A stretch of 64,000 nt of DNA from Blastocladiella emersonii ATCC 22665. Taxonomy: Eukaryota > Fungi > Blastocladiomycota. Each line of letters opens with the position of its first letter. Positions within the stretch are counted from its first letter, which is position 1. A model generated the notes under the pieces. That model did not search any database. It worked only from the letters and a program-made list of their open reading frames with translations, and had not been told where the DNA came from. The position numbers were made by a program, and so were the translations under genes. Below, piece after piece: positions 34,300 to 45,138 of this stretch. Location: NCBI GenBank assembly GCA_025594325.1, contig JANHCV010000008.1:1736001-1800000 (forward strand), written 5' to 3'.

Positions 34300-35379
34300 T
34301 TTTGTTGACGAGTCATCTTTGTGTCTCCATTTGCATCGCATACATGGGGAGAGTCTCTGTGTGATTCGCCAGCCCGAACAGAACAGAACAGGGGGAGGTG
34401 ATGGCTCCGTGGCAACGCATCACGCCGCGCGGCGTGCGCCACCCGCAACCGCGTCTCGCGTCCCGCGACGGCCGACCAAAACTTGGCCGCCGACCTCGCC
34501 CTCCCCGATCGCTGATCCTGTTGCACGACTTACCCCCCAGCTGGCCGCGCCGCCGCGAGCGCCCAGTGCTGGGTTTCGAAGCCGTGCAGACGGACCGAGC
34601 GCCGGGACCCGCCCTAGGACAAACAACGGCGACCCGGCCGCTTCCCTACAACAACCGCCCGTCGCCGCGTCGGCTCACTCGTGGGCTGGCGCACCGGGAC
34701 CCGCGGTTGTGCCGGGAAGATACACGCACGCACTTGCTGCTTTCTGACCGTCTCGATCGACTGCCTTGGCGGCCACGGCCACGGCGACCTCGTCGTGTCG
34801 TCGCCATCGACGTCCAGCGATGATGAAACTGTAAATCCATATGTATTAGCTCTATCTGACTCGAGCCCTCGGCTTGAATGTGGACCACGTTTACCACGGT
34901 TTCTGAGCTCTCCTCGCCCGTTTCCATCGTCACGGGAAACTACGTTGCTACTTTGGTCCTCAAACTCAACTTGATCGTCACGATCTTCACCGCCATGACT
35001 CCTCCCTGCCCGTCCTCCCTTGCCGTGCGTGTGACAAGTGTGCCACGTACCACGGACGTAACCGTCCAGCCGCCACGCCCGCGGCGTGCGAGCGTCCTCG
35101 TTGTCGCGGAAGTCCGTCCAGCTGCGCTTTCTCGTATTCACGCAGCGCGGAAGCCCGCGCTACAGCCAAGTCGTTTAGCACGAGCCCGTTCAAGTATCCC
35201 TGTCAAACTCGCATCCAATGAGGCAGCGGCACTCACCGCTGTCGCGGCGCGTCCTGCTCGGACTCCAGGCCGCACACGAAGGGCACGACGATACGTCCGG
35301 CCGAGAGGAGCGCACGGGAGCGTCGAGAGTAAATGAAGAACCTATGTACATGGATGGGGATTCATTGCACCACACAGCG

Positions 35380-35704
35380 CTACTGCTTTTGGTCGTGGTG
35401 GGCGGCAGCGTTGGCGGCAGACACCTGCTGAGCGATCTGGCCGAGCGTCGCCTCGCCCTTCAGGCGCTTCTCGGCGAGCATGGCCTCCACGTCATCGAAG
35501 GACTCCTGCTTGACGGCGGAAATCGAGTAGGAGACTAGACGGGACGGGTCAGTGGACGTGGTTCATTCGGCTGCGCAGGGTCGGGGCGCGTGGACACGCA
35601 CAGACGGCAGCGCAGAAGCCGAACAAACCCAGACCGACGAGCGCGTTGCGGCTGCGGTAGGGCATGCGGATAGCGTTGTGAATCTGGGCCGAGTTAGACG
35701 ACAT
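35380..35704 (-). CDS. COA3: Cytochrome c oxidase assembly factor 3 (Coa3/Cox25-like), 85 aa; intron 35535-35601
   Basis: Spliced product MSSNSAQIHNAIRMPYRSRNALVGLGLFGFCAAVFSYSISAVKQESFDDVEAM... matches the recalled Coa3 pattern RxPYRxRNxxxG-TM-YSISAVKQxxFxD. Missing from the ORF track. Confidence 0.8.
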
Positions 35705-36238
35705 GGCGGTGCTGGGTGGGGCGGGTCACGGTGATGCAGGCACGGGTAACTGGAGGTCGGTGCGCAGAGAGTCAGCGCGCGGGCGGAAGGCTTCATGGTG
35801 GAGTGGACGCACCCGCGGCTCGGTTGCAGCGAGTGGTATGGCTGCGGGAGCGGGCGGGGCGCGGCGGTGGGGTGAGGGAGGGGAGCGACGGCGGGGCGGT
35901 TTGCCTTCACTGCGACCCGCCCGCCCCGCGGCGATCGGCGCCGCTCCAGTGCCACTCACGTGAATCCGGCGCGCGTCTCGCACCGCGTCTCGCACCGCGC
36001 GCGCGCACGCGTCTCGCACGACTTCCGGCGCAACGGCGCTCGACCCGATCACGGCCGCGGATGGCCTGCAGCCTGCCCTCGCGGCACTCATTCGCTCGCT
36101 CCGTCGTTCCTGCAGTGACCAGCCAAACACATGTATCCTCCCCGAGACTAGCTGCAACAGACTAGAACGAGCACAGCCCATCGAAAAACCTCCCTACCCC
36201 CGATCCCCGACCCGACGACCCCCGGCACCGCGCCCACC

Positions 36239-37402
36239 ATGTCGTCCCTCGACCAGTTCGCCGCGCGCGAGTTCTACACGGTCGTCATCGGCGGCACCAT
36301 CCTGTCGCACATTGCGGGCTTCGTCAACGCCGTGGCCCTCGGCAGCGCCTTCACCGTCACCGTCACCCACATCACGGGCAACCTGACGCGCTTCGGCGCC
36401 GCCCTGCTCAAGGGCGACCTCGCCACCATGGGCGTCACCACGGGCATCACCCTCGCCTTCATGTTCGGCTCCTTCGTCTCGGGCTTCAGCATCGACTCGA
36501 CCAAGTTCCAGCTCGGCCGCTCCTACGGCATCGCCCTCGTCGCCGAGGCCGCCATCCTCGTCGTCTCGTGGTTCCTCTTCACCCTCGGCAACGTCTACGG
36601 CGCCCTCGCCGCCGCCTTTGCCTGCGGCCTGCAGAACGCCTTTGCCACGGGCTACTCGGGCGCCGTCCTGCGCACCACCCACATGACGGGCATCACCACC
36701 GACATCGGCATCGTCCTCGGCCAGTGGGCCTCGCGCAACCCGCGCGCCGAGACGTGGAAGCTCAAGGTCCTCGGCCCGCTCTGGCTCGGCTACCTCTCGG
36801 GCGGCATCACCGGCGCCCTCTTCTACGGCTGGATGGCCGACGACGCCATCCTCGTCCCCGCCGCCGTCCTGTGCCTCGCCGCCATCTTCTACCTCACCTG
36901 GGCTCCCGCCCGCGAGGCCCGCGAGCTGCTCGTCACCGCCGTCAAAAAGGTCCAGACCGAGCTCGAAATGGGCATCCGCACCACCGTCGACGTCATGGTC
37001 GACGGCATCGACACGGTCGCCCACACGGTCCAGTCTGTGACCCCGCGCATCCCGCTGCCGCCCATGCCCTCGGTCAGCCCGCGCCTCGCCGCCCTCCTCC
37101 CCGTCGGCGCCGCCTCCCTGGCCGCGACCTCCTCAGGAAACGCCACGCGCCAGGGATTCCACCCGCTCGACGTCAACTCGCCCACGGGCGACGCCGTCCC
37201 CAAGCCCGTCAGCCCCGTCGTCGTCCAGATGGTCCAGCAGGTCTCGCAGCGCGAGCGCCTCGACCACGACATCAACGCCGTCTTCCGCGAGCTCGAGCTC
37301 GAGCGCCAGCGCGACGACGCCGACGTCGGCAACGTGCCCCGCGGCATGGAAAAGTTTGTCATTGGCGACGAGGACGACGACGCCACCTCGCCTCGAAAGT
37401 AG
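36239..37402 (+). CDS. DUF1275 (YoaK-family) multi-pass membrane protein, 387 aa
   Basis: GFVNAV, VTHITGN, FMFGSFVSG, ACGLQNA and LRTTHMTGITTDIG motifs. Confidence 0.88.
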   Translation: MSSLDQFAAREFYTVVIGGTILSHIAGFVNAVALGSAFTVTVTHITGNLTRFGAALLKGDLATMGVTTGITLAFMFGSFVSGFSIDSTKFQLGRSYGIALVAEAAILVVSWFLFTLGNVYGALAAAFACGLQNAFATGYSGAVLRTTHMTGITTDIGIVLGQWASRNPRAETWKLKVLGPLWLGYLSGGITGALFYGWMADDAILVPAAVLCLAAIFYLTWAPAREARELLVTAVKKVQTELEMGIRTTVDVMVDGIDTVAHTVQSVTPRIPLPPMPSVSPRLAALLPVGAASLAATSSGNATRQGFHPLDVNSPTGDAVPKPVSPVVVQMVQQVSQRERLDHDINAVFRELELERQRDDADVGNVPRGMEKFVIGDEDDDATSPRK

Positions 37403-37490
37403 TCCGCTCAGGTAGAAGACACTACTCGTGGAACGGCAAGGATATATAGAAAAAAGTGTATAGATTATCGATCGTGGTTTGTAAAGCCTG

Positions 37491-40400
37491 CTAGTCATCA
37501 AAGTCGCTGAGGTCCGTGAGCTCCGCGGCATCGGACACGGAGGCCGTCGCGGGGACGGGTGCTGGGGCCGGGGCGTGTGCGTGCGCGTGTGCGGGGCCCT
37601 CGAGGAGCTGGTGCGCCATGTCGACCGCGGCCCGCTCAATCTGGGCAAACTGCTCAATGAGCGGGATCGAGCTCTGCACCCCAATCGACCTCAGCCGGCC
37701 GCTCGTGCGGACACCCTGCGTCGTCGAGACAGGCGCGACAGTCCGCGACCTGCGCGAAGAACTTAGACGCGGGGCGCGGGCCGGTGAGAGCGGAAGCGAC
37801 GGGACGTCGGACGCAGACGACGACGAGCCGAGGACCGGCTCGGGTACACCGGCCGTCGCTGGCGGCGGCGGCAGCGCGATGACCATCTCAGGCATGCCGT
37901 CATCGAGCCTCGCCCCCAAAGCGACGATGCCGGTACTCGCTAGAAGTGCCACGGACTCTGCTTCATGGACCAGCTCCGCGGGCTCTGCTCCATGGATCAA
38001 CTCCACGGGCTCCGTCTCGTGGACCAACCAAACGGGCGGCCGTGGAGACGCAGCGCGACTTGACGAAAGGTCGAGGTCCATCATGACCTCGTCGCCGGCG
38101 AGGGAGGCCGGGGCCGAGGACAGCGGCGAAGAGCGAGCAATCGGGGCGGACGAGCTCGTCAAGTCGAACCCGCACGACACGACGGGCGTGGCGGAGGAAG
38201 AGCTAGACTCGCGGACGTCGTCAACGGGCGTGCGGAGCTGGTTGAGCGATGCCAGCGCTATGGCCGTGTCGAGATCCGTCATGGCCATGGTGCTCAAAGT
38301 GTCGGGCACGCTCGAGGCAGGCGGTGAGCGAAGCGGAACGTCTTGCGGGCGCGGCGAGAGCGGTCGAGGTACGTCGGGAACGTCAGGCATTTCCTCGTCG
38401 CTGAGATCGCTGAGCTCCTGCGGGTCCGGGGATTCGCCCGCCATGAGATTCTGCGACAGCGGATGCACGTCCAAGGACGAGCTACTACCCCCGATTCCGG
38501 CCGCCCATTTCGGCCGCTTCGACGGTGGTGCATCGCTGTCCACATCGTCTTCATGGGCGCCGCCGGACTGCTCGTCGCCACCCGATCGCGTACCAGAAGT
38601 CTGGCTACGGCGCCGCTTCTTGGAGGTACGGCGGTCGCGGCGTTGGATAATCAAAGCTGCGGCAACCTCCTGGGCCGCCTCAACGTCGGCGGAGGGCGCC
38701 TCGGACGCGACACGGGTAAAGACCTCGGCGGCTTTGGCGCGAAGTGCGGGATCGGCGCGCGTGTCGTGAATGAGCTCAAGCCGCTTGCCGTCAATGGCGG
38801 GGTCGACACCCAGCGGCTCGATGCGAGCAACGTAGCACCAAATCGGTCCCGGGCGATCGGGATGGAGAATCGGCAGCACGCATCGACGCGGATTGGGAAT
38901 GAGGGACCGCGAGGCCGGCGGCAAAGGAGGAAGTGCGGGGAACTTGCGCCCCGAGCTGAGGCGAGCGGGGCGGGGAGCCGTCGGCGCATCGGTGGCAAGG
39001 ATACGAGCAGGCCACCACAGGCCATCGTGGCGATACCAACCCAGCGAGCCCGGCAGGAACTGCCGGTGGGATTCGGCGCTGGCAATAATCTCGTCGTGGG
39101 CATCAGTGGGAGGGGACTCGAAGCGGTAATCTTCCTCGGCCGCCGCAGTGGACCGGGTCGAGCGGGAAGGAGGCCGGTCTGGCACAAGTGGCGACGAGAT
39201 GGCTGGTGGACGAGGCGGGGCGGCTGAGGCCGGGGCCTGGCCAGAAGCGGGTGGCACAGGCGCGGACGTCGGCTCGACCTGAGGTTCACGGCTGCCAAGC
39301 GGCGGGATGGGAGCCACATCCACATCCATCGAGGTACCATTGGCGACGGTGGCGGCGGCGGCGGAAGCAGCCTGCGGGTCCTGCGGCGGTGCGGGCCCAC
39401 GCTCGCGTTTGGGTTTCCTCTTCCGCAGCTTTCCGAACCTATCACGATAAGTGCGGACGCGGGGCTCGGAGGTTTGAGCCGGTTCCGGCTCCCCGCCAAG
39501 CTGCGGTTCCGGTTCCGGCAGTGACGGCGCTGACTCTGGCACTGGCTCTGGTTGCGACTCGGCGGGAGCGGCTCCGTTGGCCAATGACGGCTCCGGTTCC
39601 GGCTGCGGCTGCGGCTGCGGCGCAGGCTCGATTGGAGCGAGTGGTGTCTCAGCTGGAGCCACATCACTCGCTGCCGATCGCCGAGGCTGCTTTCGGGTCG
39701 GCTGCACCACTGGTCGCGTTGGTTCGGGTTCACCTGCGTCACCGTCCGAGGGTGCCGCAGCTGCCTCGATGGTTTTACTCGCGGGCGGCTCGACGGGGGC
39801 ACGCGGGACCAGCGGCCAAAGCTCGGCGGGTATCGGGTGGACGAGCGGAAGCGGCTTGGAGAGCGAAGCCTCGAGCTGAGTAAGCAAAGCGTCCGCCTCA
39901 TTATTGAGCAGGACAGCGGCGCGGTAGTACACTGTCTCGGCCGGATTGAAGACACGGCAGTTCCGCCACATGAGATTGAGGTCCTTGCGGAACTCGGCAA
40001 CCGTCGGGTACATGTGTGCGTCGAGCTTGCGCTGAACCGTGGCAAAGTCCATGGGGTGTGTGATAGACGTCAAGTAGTCGGGAACCTCGTCCGTGTCCAC
40101 GGGCGAAGCGAAAATCTTGCGCGAGTCGAGCGCGATGAGCCGGTCCAGGACGTACTGGAGTCGAGGACGAAGCGGGTCCGAGTTCAGCGTCCACGCACGA
40201 GCGAGGTGGGTGACAGCCTGCGACTTGAACCGCTCGCGCTTGCGGACCTGGTCGCACATGACGCGAAGCCGCTCCAGATCGTGACGAAGCATGAGGAGTG
40301 CGAGGCGAGTCTGCTGCGATGGCTCAGAAGCAGTGCCCGACGCGTCACCTGCACTGTTTGCCGAGTGAGCGGGCCCCGCCGCCACAGCCTCGTTTGGGAG

Positions 40401-43400
40401 GGAGCCATTGGTGCCGGGTGTAGAGGAAGCAGGAACCGAAGCGTTGGGCAAAGACGTGCCTACAGTCACCGGAGCCCCAGCAGGGTCCAAGAACAGGCGA
40501 CGCAGGAGGGGCGCACCTCCGCGTGCAGCGCGCTTGACGGCCCAATACTTGCAGATGGCAACGAGGTCCGACTCGCGCTCGGCAGCGAAAAGTTGCTGCA
40601 GCCGCCCAAAGAGGAACTCGGAAACAACCGGGTGCGAGGGGTCGAATTCAAAGTGGAGCTGATCGACTTGACCGGACCGTTGGCTCAATGGCACATCTCC
40701 TGCGAGGTCGGGAGCTTCATCACCGTTGGCCAGGCCCGCAGATTCGGCCGAAGCAGGGCCAGCCGGATGGTCAGCGCCCTCCGGTCCCTCGTCGTCAATC
40801 TCGCGTCCAGCTGCAGAGCTCCGATCCAGACCGTCGACATGGTCGGCGGACCCGTTGACGGAGCCGTCATGGGGCTCCAGGATAGAGCGACGGCGGCGGC
40901 GTTTCTTCTTGCGGTAGGACGGGGGCAGATGGCGGTCGCAGTAGATGCGCTCCTGCTGCATGTAGAGACCGTGGCGGCGCGCGCAAGTGACGTGGAAGGC
41001 GGCGTAGCACGAGCGGTTCATGCACTGGACGCATGCACCAACGCGCTTCCGGCAAAGCTGGCACAGGAGGGCACGGCGCTCGGCGTTGACGTCGGACGCG
41101 TCAATGGGCTCCATGTAGACGGGGTTGCTCACGGTGACCTCGGGGATCCACTGGGCGCAGAGGAGGTGGGCCCAGCGGCCGTCGGTAGTCTGCTTGAGGG
41201 CGCCGCCGCTCTGGCCGCACAGGACGCACACGGTCTGGGCGTCCGGGTGCATGCAGCGGCGGCACAGCCACTGCCCCTCGGGGATGTAGGGCACGCCGTA
41301 GCACTCCTGGTGGACGGCGATGTTGCAGCCGTCGCAGAAGACAATGGCGTTGACGTTCTCGCACTCGCCGTCGTCGCAGATGATGCAGTTGCCGTCGTCG
41401 TCGTTGGTGCCGGACCCCTGGAACGGCTCCTGCGGGAGGCGGCTGACGAGGGTGTGCCACGCCTTGTCGAGGTGGTCCATGACGGCCTCGACAGTGTCGC
41501 ACGAGAGCCCTTTGGACGTGACCCAGGCGAGGTCGCGGTCGTCGAGGTCGTACTCGACAAAGTCGGTGGGCTCGAAGTGCAGGTACTGCCCGTTGGTGGG
41601 CAGAAGCGGAGTGGAGGTGCTGGCGGGGAGATCGAGGCGCGGAAGCTCCTCAAACTCGGCCACGGGGACGGGTTTGGAGGGACCCGACGGTTGGATCGAG
41701 TGGGCCGAAGGTGCTACAAAGTTGGTGATGCGGTCAGTATTGTGTGATTCCGCTGAGGAGTGAGCGCGGAGGCGGGGACGCTGCCCGTGGAGGGCAGCCG
41801 AAATGGAGCCGTACCCAGTCGGTCCGAAGCTCCCGAGCCGTCAGCCGATGAGGGTGGTGGCGGTCCACGGACGATGTCGACGGGGAGCGCGGCGGCGGTC
41901 GAGAGGTCGGGGAAGTGCTCCTTGTAGCTCTGCTCCTCGCGCGGGATAAGGGCAGCGGGGTCCGAAGCAGGCGGCGGTTTGAGGCCGGGGACGGGCGTGT
42001 CCGAGGGCGAAGTAGACGGGGCGGCGGAAGACGGCGTTCCAGCAGGCGCCCGGGGGACCTTGCCTTTTCGTGCGCGATCCCGTTCCCGGTCGCGGTCGCG
42101 GTGGGCGGGCGGCGCACCGGCAGCGAGCGGGATAGAGGGCGCGCGAGGGGTGGTTTCGGACGGGGCCGAGGACAAAAAGTCGGAGGTGGACAGTGTGGGA
42201 GTAGGCGGGCGGGGCGGCCTGGTACTCGCGGCATCCACGGGAGCAGGAACGGGCACGCGCGGTGCCTTGGCGGCGCGGCGTTTGGGCGGGTGCGGCGGCG
42301 GGTGCGAGCCGGCATGCATCGGCACGACGGGGCGCGAGGCGGAGACGGGGGCGGGAGGCGCGGCCGACGACGGCGGGGACGAGGTGCGTGGCAGGACCGG
42401 AGCAGCGAGAGGCACCAGCGGGGTGAGCGCGGTCACGTCCAAGTCCACGTCCATGGGTTGGGCGGGCGATCCGGCCAGACTAGTGGCGGAGGAGGAGGAG
42501 GGCGGAAGGAGGGGCAGCTGCTGGTGATGTAGCTGCGTCTGCGACTGCATCTGCATCGGCAGAGGGTGCCATTGCTGTTGGTGCAGTTGCGGTTGCTGCA
42601 GTTGCGGTTGCTGCAGTTGCGGCGGCAAGGCGGGCGGCTCGTGTAGGGACTGCGAGCGAAGGGTTGGCGGAGGGAGGGGTTGAGCCGCGGGAAGCGGGGC
42701 GATAGGGGCCAAGGGCGCGGTTGCGGCGGGGGTGGGCGGGCGAAAGGCGAGTGGATTGGGTGCAGCAGGCCCGGTGGCGGGCGAGCTCGCGCTGGCGGCG
42801 AGCGGGGTTGCAGACGAGGACGTCGACGAGCGGTCGGTGGTCCGCGGTAGCGGCGAAGGGGTCGGGATGGGGCGAAAGGGGATGGGGTTCGGTCCAGTGG
42901 CAACGGTGGTTGGTCCGAAGGCGGGGTTCACGGGGAGGGTGGTCTGCGGCAGCAATGGGCGCGAGGCGGGTAGCGGCGCAGTCGCGGGCAAAGCCAGGGG
43001 TGGCGAAGCGAGGAGCGGCGCGGTGCTAGCGGGCGGCGGGAGCGGCTGGAAGAGCAAGGGGTTCGGGCCGACGGCCTCGCGCGAGGCGGTAGCGAAGGGC
43101 GAAGGGTCGCTCAGCACGGTCGGGGTCAGGGCCGAGGAGCGGATCGGGGCGGTTGCGGGCGCGGGAGCGGGAGCGGGAGCGGGTTGGAGCTGCAGCAGGT
43201 GCAGGTTGTGCTGCGGGTGCTGCAGCTGGAACTGCTGGAGCACGTCGAGCTGGTGCTGCAGCTGGTAGAGCTGCTGTTGTTGCTGCTGCTGCTGCTGGTG
43301 ATGAAGTTGCTGCTGCTGCTGCTGGTGATGAAGTTGCTGCTGCTGCTGTTGCTGCTGCTGCGGGGAGAACTGCTGGGCGTGCAGCTGGTGGGGCAGCGGC

Positions 43401-43645
43401 AGCGGCGGCTGCTGGTGGTGGTATTGCTGCGGGTGGGACGGGTGCAGGTTCAGGTTGAGGAGGTGCAGCTGCTGGAGCTGGAGCTGGAGGTCCTGCTGCA
43501 CGTCGCCGAGCGGGGGGAGCGGGGAGGGTGCGGCCGAGTGGGCGGCGGCGGTAGTCGGGGCGGGCGCGGGCGAGGCGGCGGGCACGGGCGGGCGGCCGTC
43601 CAAGTCGGAGACGCCCAACAGGCCCGAGAAGAAGTTCCAGGCCAT
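37491..43645 (-). CDS. NTO1: BRPF1/NTO1-like chromatin scaffold (~2017 aa): Q/P-rich N-terminus, PHD-knuckle-PHD, bromodomain, PWWP-like domain; intron 41714-41814
   Basis: CIICDDGECENVNAIVFCDGCNIAVHQECYGVPYIPEGQWLCRRC; bromodomain IFASPVD...PDY...PMDF...NCRVFN; LGWYRHDGLWWPARI. The phase-1 intron joins the two long ORFs; probable start MAWNFF at 43645. Confidence 0.88.
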
Positions 43646-44062
43646 GGCGGCGCGCGCGTGTGCGGCGGGTGCGGGTGCGGGTGCGGGTGCGGCTCCGCGG
43701 GCGGTGCAGAGTCCTGAGGGCGGGCGCGGGTCCGGGCGTGAGTGCGCGGGCGGGGCGGCGGGGCGGCGCGCGGGGGGCATACCGCGGGCGCTCCGGGGCG
43801 GGGGCGGCGGGGTGCAGCGTGCTGCGAGGCGTTGCGTCGAGTTGCGTCGAGTTGCGGCGAGTCGCTCGGTGCGTGCGATGCGCGGATGGGCTGCTCCGTC
43901 CCCCCTGGAGCGCACGGCGGAGCGGCGCGCGTGGCGGCGGCCGGCCACGTGACGATCGCAACTCGCGGCGTGCGGGGCAGGCCAGCAGGGGGGCTGCAGG
44001 CTAGCACCCAACCGCATCCGCAGCTCTCGCTCCCCTCCCCTCCCCGTACAGTAAACGCCCAC

Positions 44063-45057
44063 ATGCAACCGCCCATGCAGCCCTTGATTCGCCGCGCTCT
44101 CTCAACCGCCGCCCGCGCTGCGCCCGCCCACGCCCACGCCCACGCCCCCGCAACCGCGCCGCGCATCGTGCAGGTCGCCATCGACGGGCCGGCCGCCAGC
44201 GGCAAGAGCTCGTGCGCATCGGCCGTCGCCGCCCGCCTCCACTTCGCCTACGTCGACTCGGGCGCCTTCTTCCGCTGCGTGCGTCCCCGCCTGACCCGCC
44301 GCACCGCCCGCCGCACCCAACCGCGCCTCACCCTCACCCCGCCGCCCGCCGCCCCCGCGCCCAGATCACCCTCAAGGCCCTGCGCCGCGGCCCCGACCCG
44401 CCCGACTGGCGCTCCTTCGTCGCCGACTCGCGCCTCGCCATCGCCCCCGTCGCCCTCGACCCCAACACCGGCCGCGTCGACCCGCCGCGCATCTCCCTCG
44501 ACGGCGAGGACGTGACCGCCGCCATCCGCGACCCGATCGTCACCGCCGCCGTCGCCCGCCTCGCCGCCCTCCCCGCCGTCCGCGACGCCCTGCTCGACAA
44601 GAAGCGCGCCCTCGCTGGCGGCATCGACGGATCGCTACCCGTCGCCGGCGGCTACCGCGGCGTCGTCATGGACGGCCGCGACATCGGCTCCGTCGTCTTC
44701 CCCAACGCCTCGGTCAAGGTCTTCCTGACCGCCGACCCGCTCGTCCGCGCTAAACGCCGCCTCGACGAGCTGACCGCCGCCGCCGCCCAGAATCCCGCTG
44801 CCCCCGCTCCGCCGCTGCCCACCCTCGACCAGCTCGCCGCCGACATCCGCGCCCGCGACGAGAGCGACATGCGCCGATCCGTCTCCCCGCTCGTCTGTCC
44901 CGATGGCGCCATCCGCCTCGACTCCACCGCCCTCTCCCGCGACGACGTGATCGCCCGCATCGTTGCTGCCGTCCACCACCGCCACCCCGATTTGCTGGAT
45001 GCCCGTCGCTCCGACACCCACCCTGACCTTCCTGAACCACCTACCGTATGTTCCTAG
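44063..45057 (+). CDS. cmk: Bacterial-type cytidylate kinase (Cmk) with a predicted mitochondrial presequence, ~302 aa; intron 44279-44364
   Basis: VAIDGPAASGKSS P-loop, YVDSGAFFR, VVMDGRDIGSVVFPNA, KVFLTA...RAKRR, RDESDMRRSVSPL, LDST. The 3' end may contain a further intron. Confidence 0.88.
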
Positions 45058-45138
45058 TCCAATCAAACTATACTATCTTTCCTTTCTACTTAACCCCACC
45101 GTTGCCCCCGCCGTCGACGCCGCGAGCCGCCGCCACGC

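Larger units (their letters stand above)
25454..34976. repeat. Right arm of large inverted repeat (9,523 bp)
   Basis: Reverse complement of 5039-14561. Only difference detected: 33462 T versus the complement of 6553 C. Confidence 0.97.

Noticed and set aside
5039-34976. Giant transposon (Polinton/Starship/composite) interpretation of the inverted repeat
   Set aside because: No transposase, integrase or tyrosine recombinase recognised; flanks (GATGTGAT vs GTCACGAT) are not a direct target duplication; the arms contain ordinary intron-bearing host genes.
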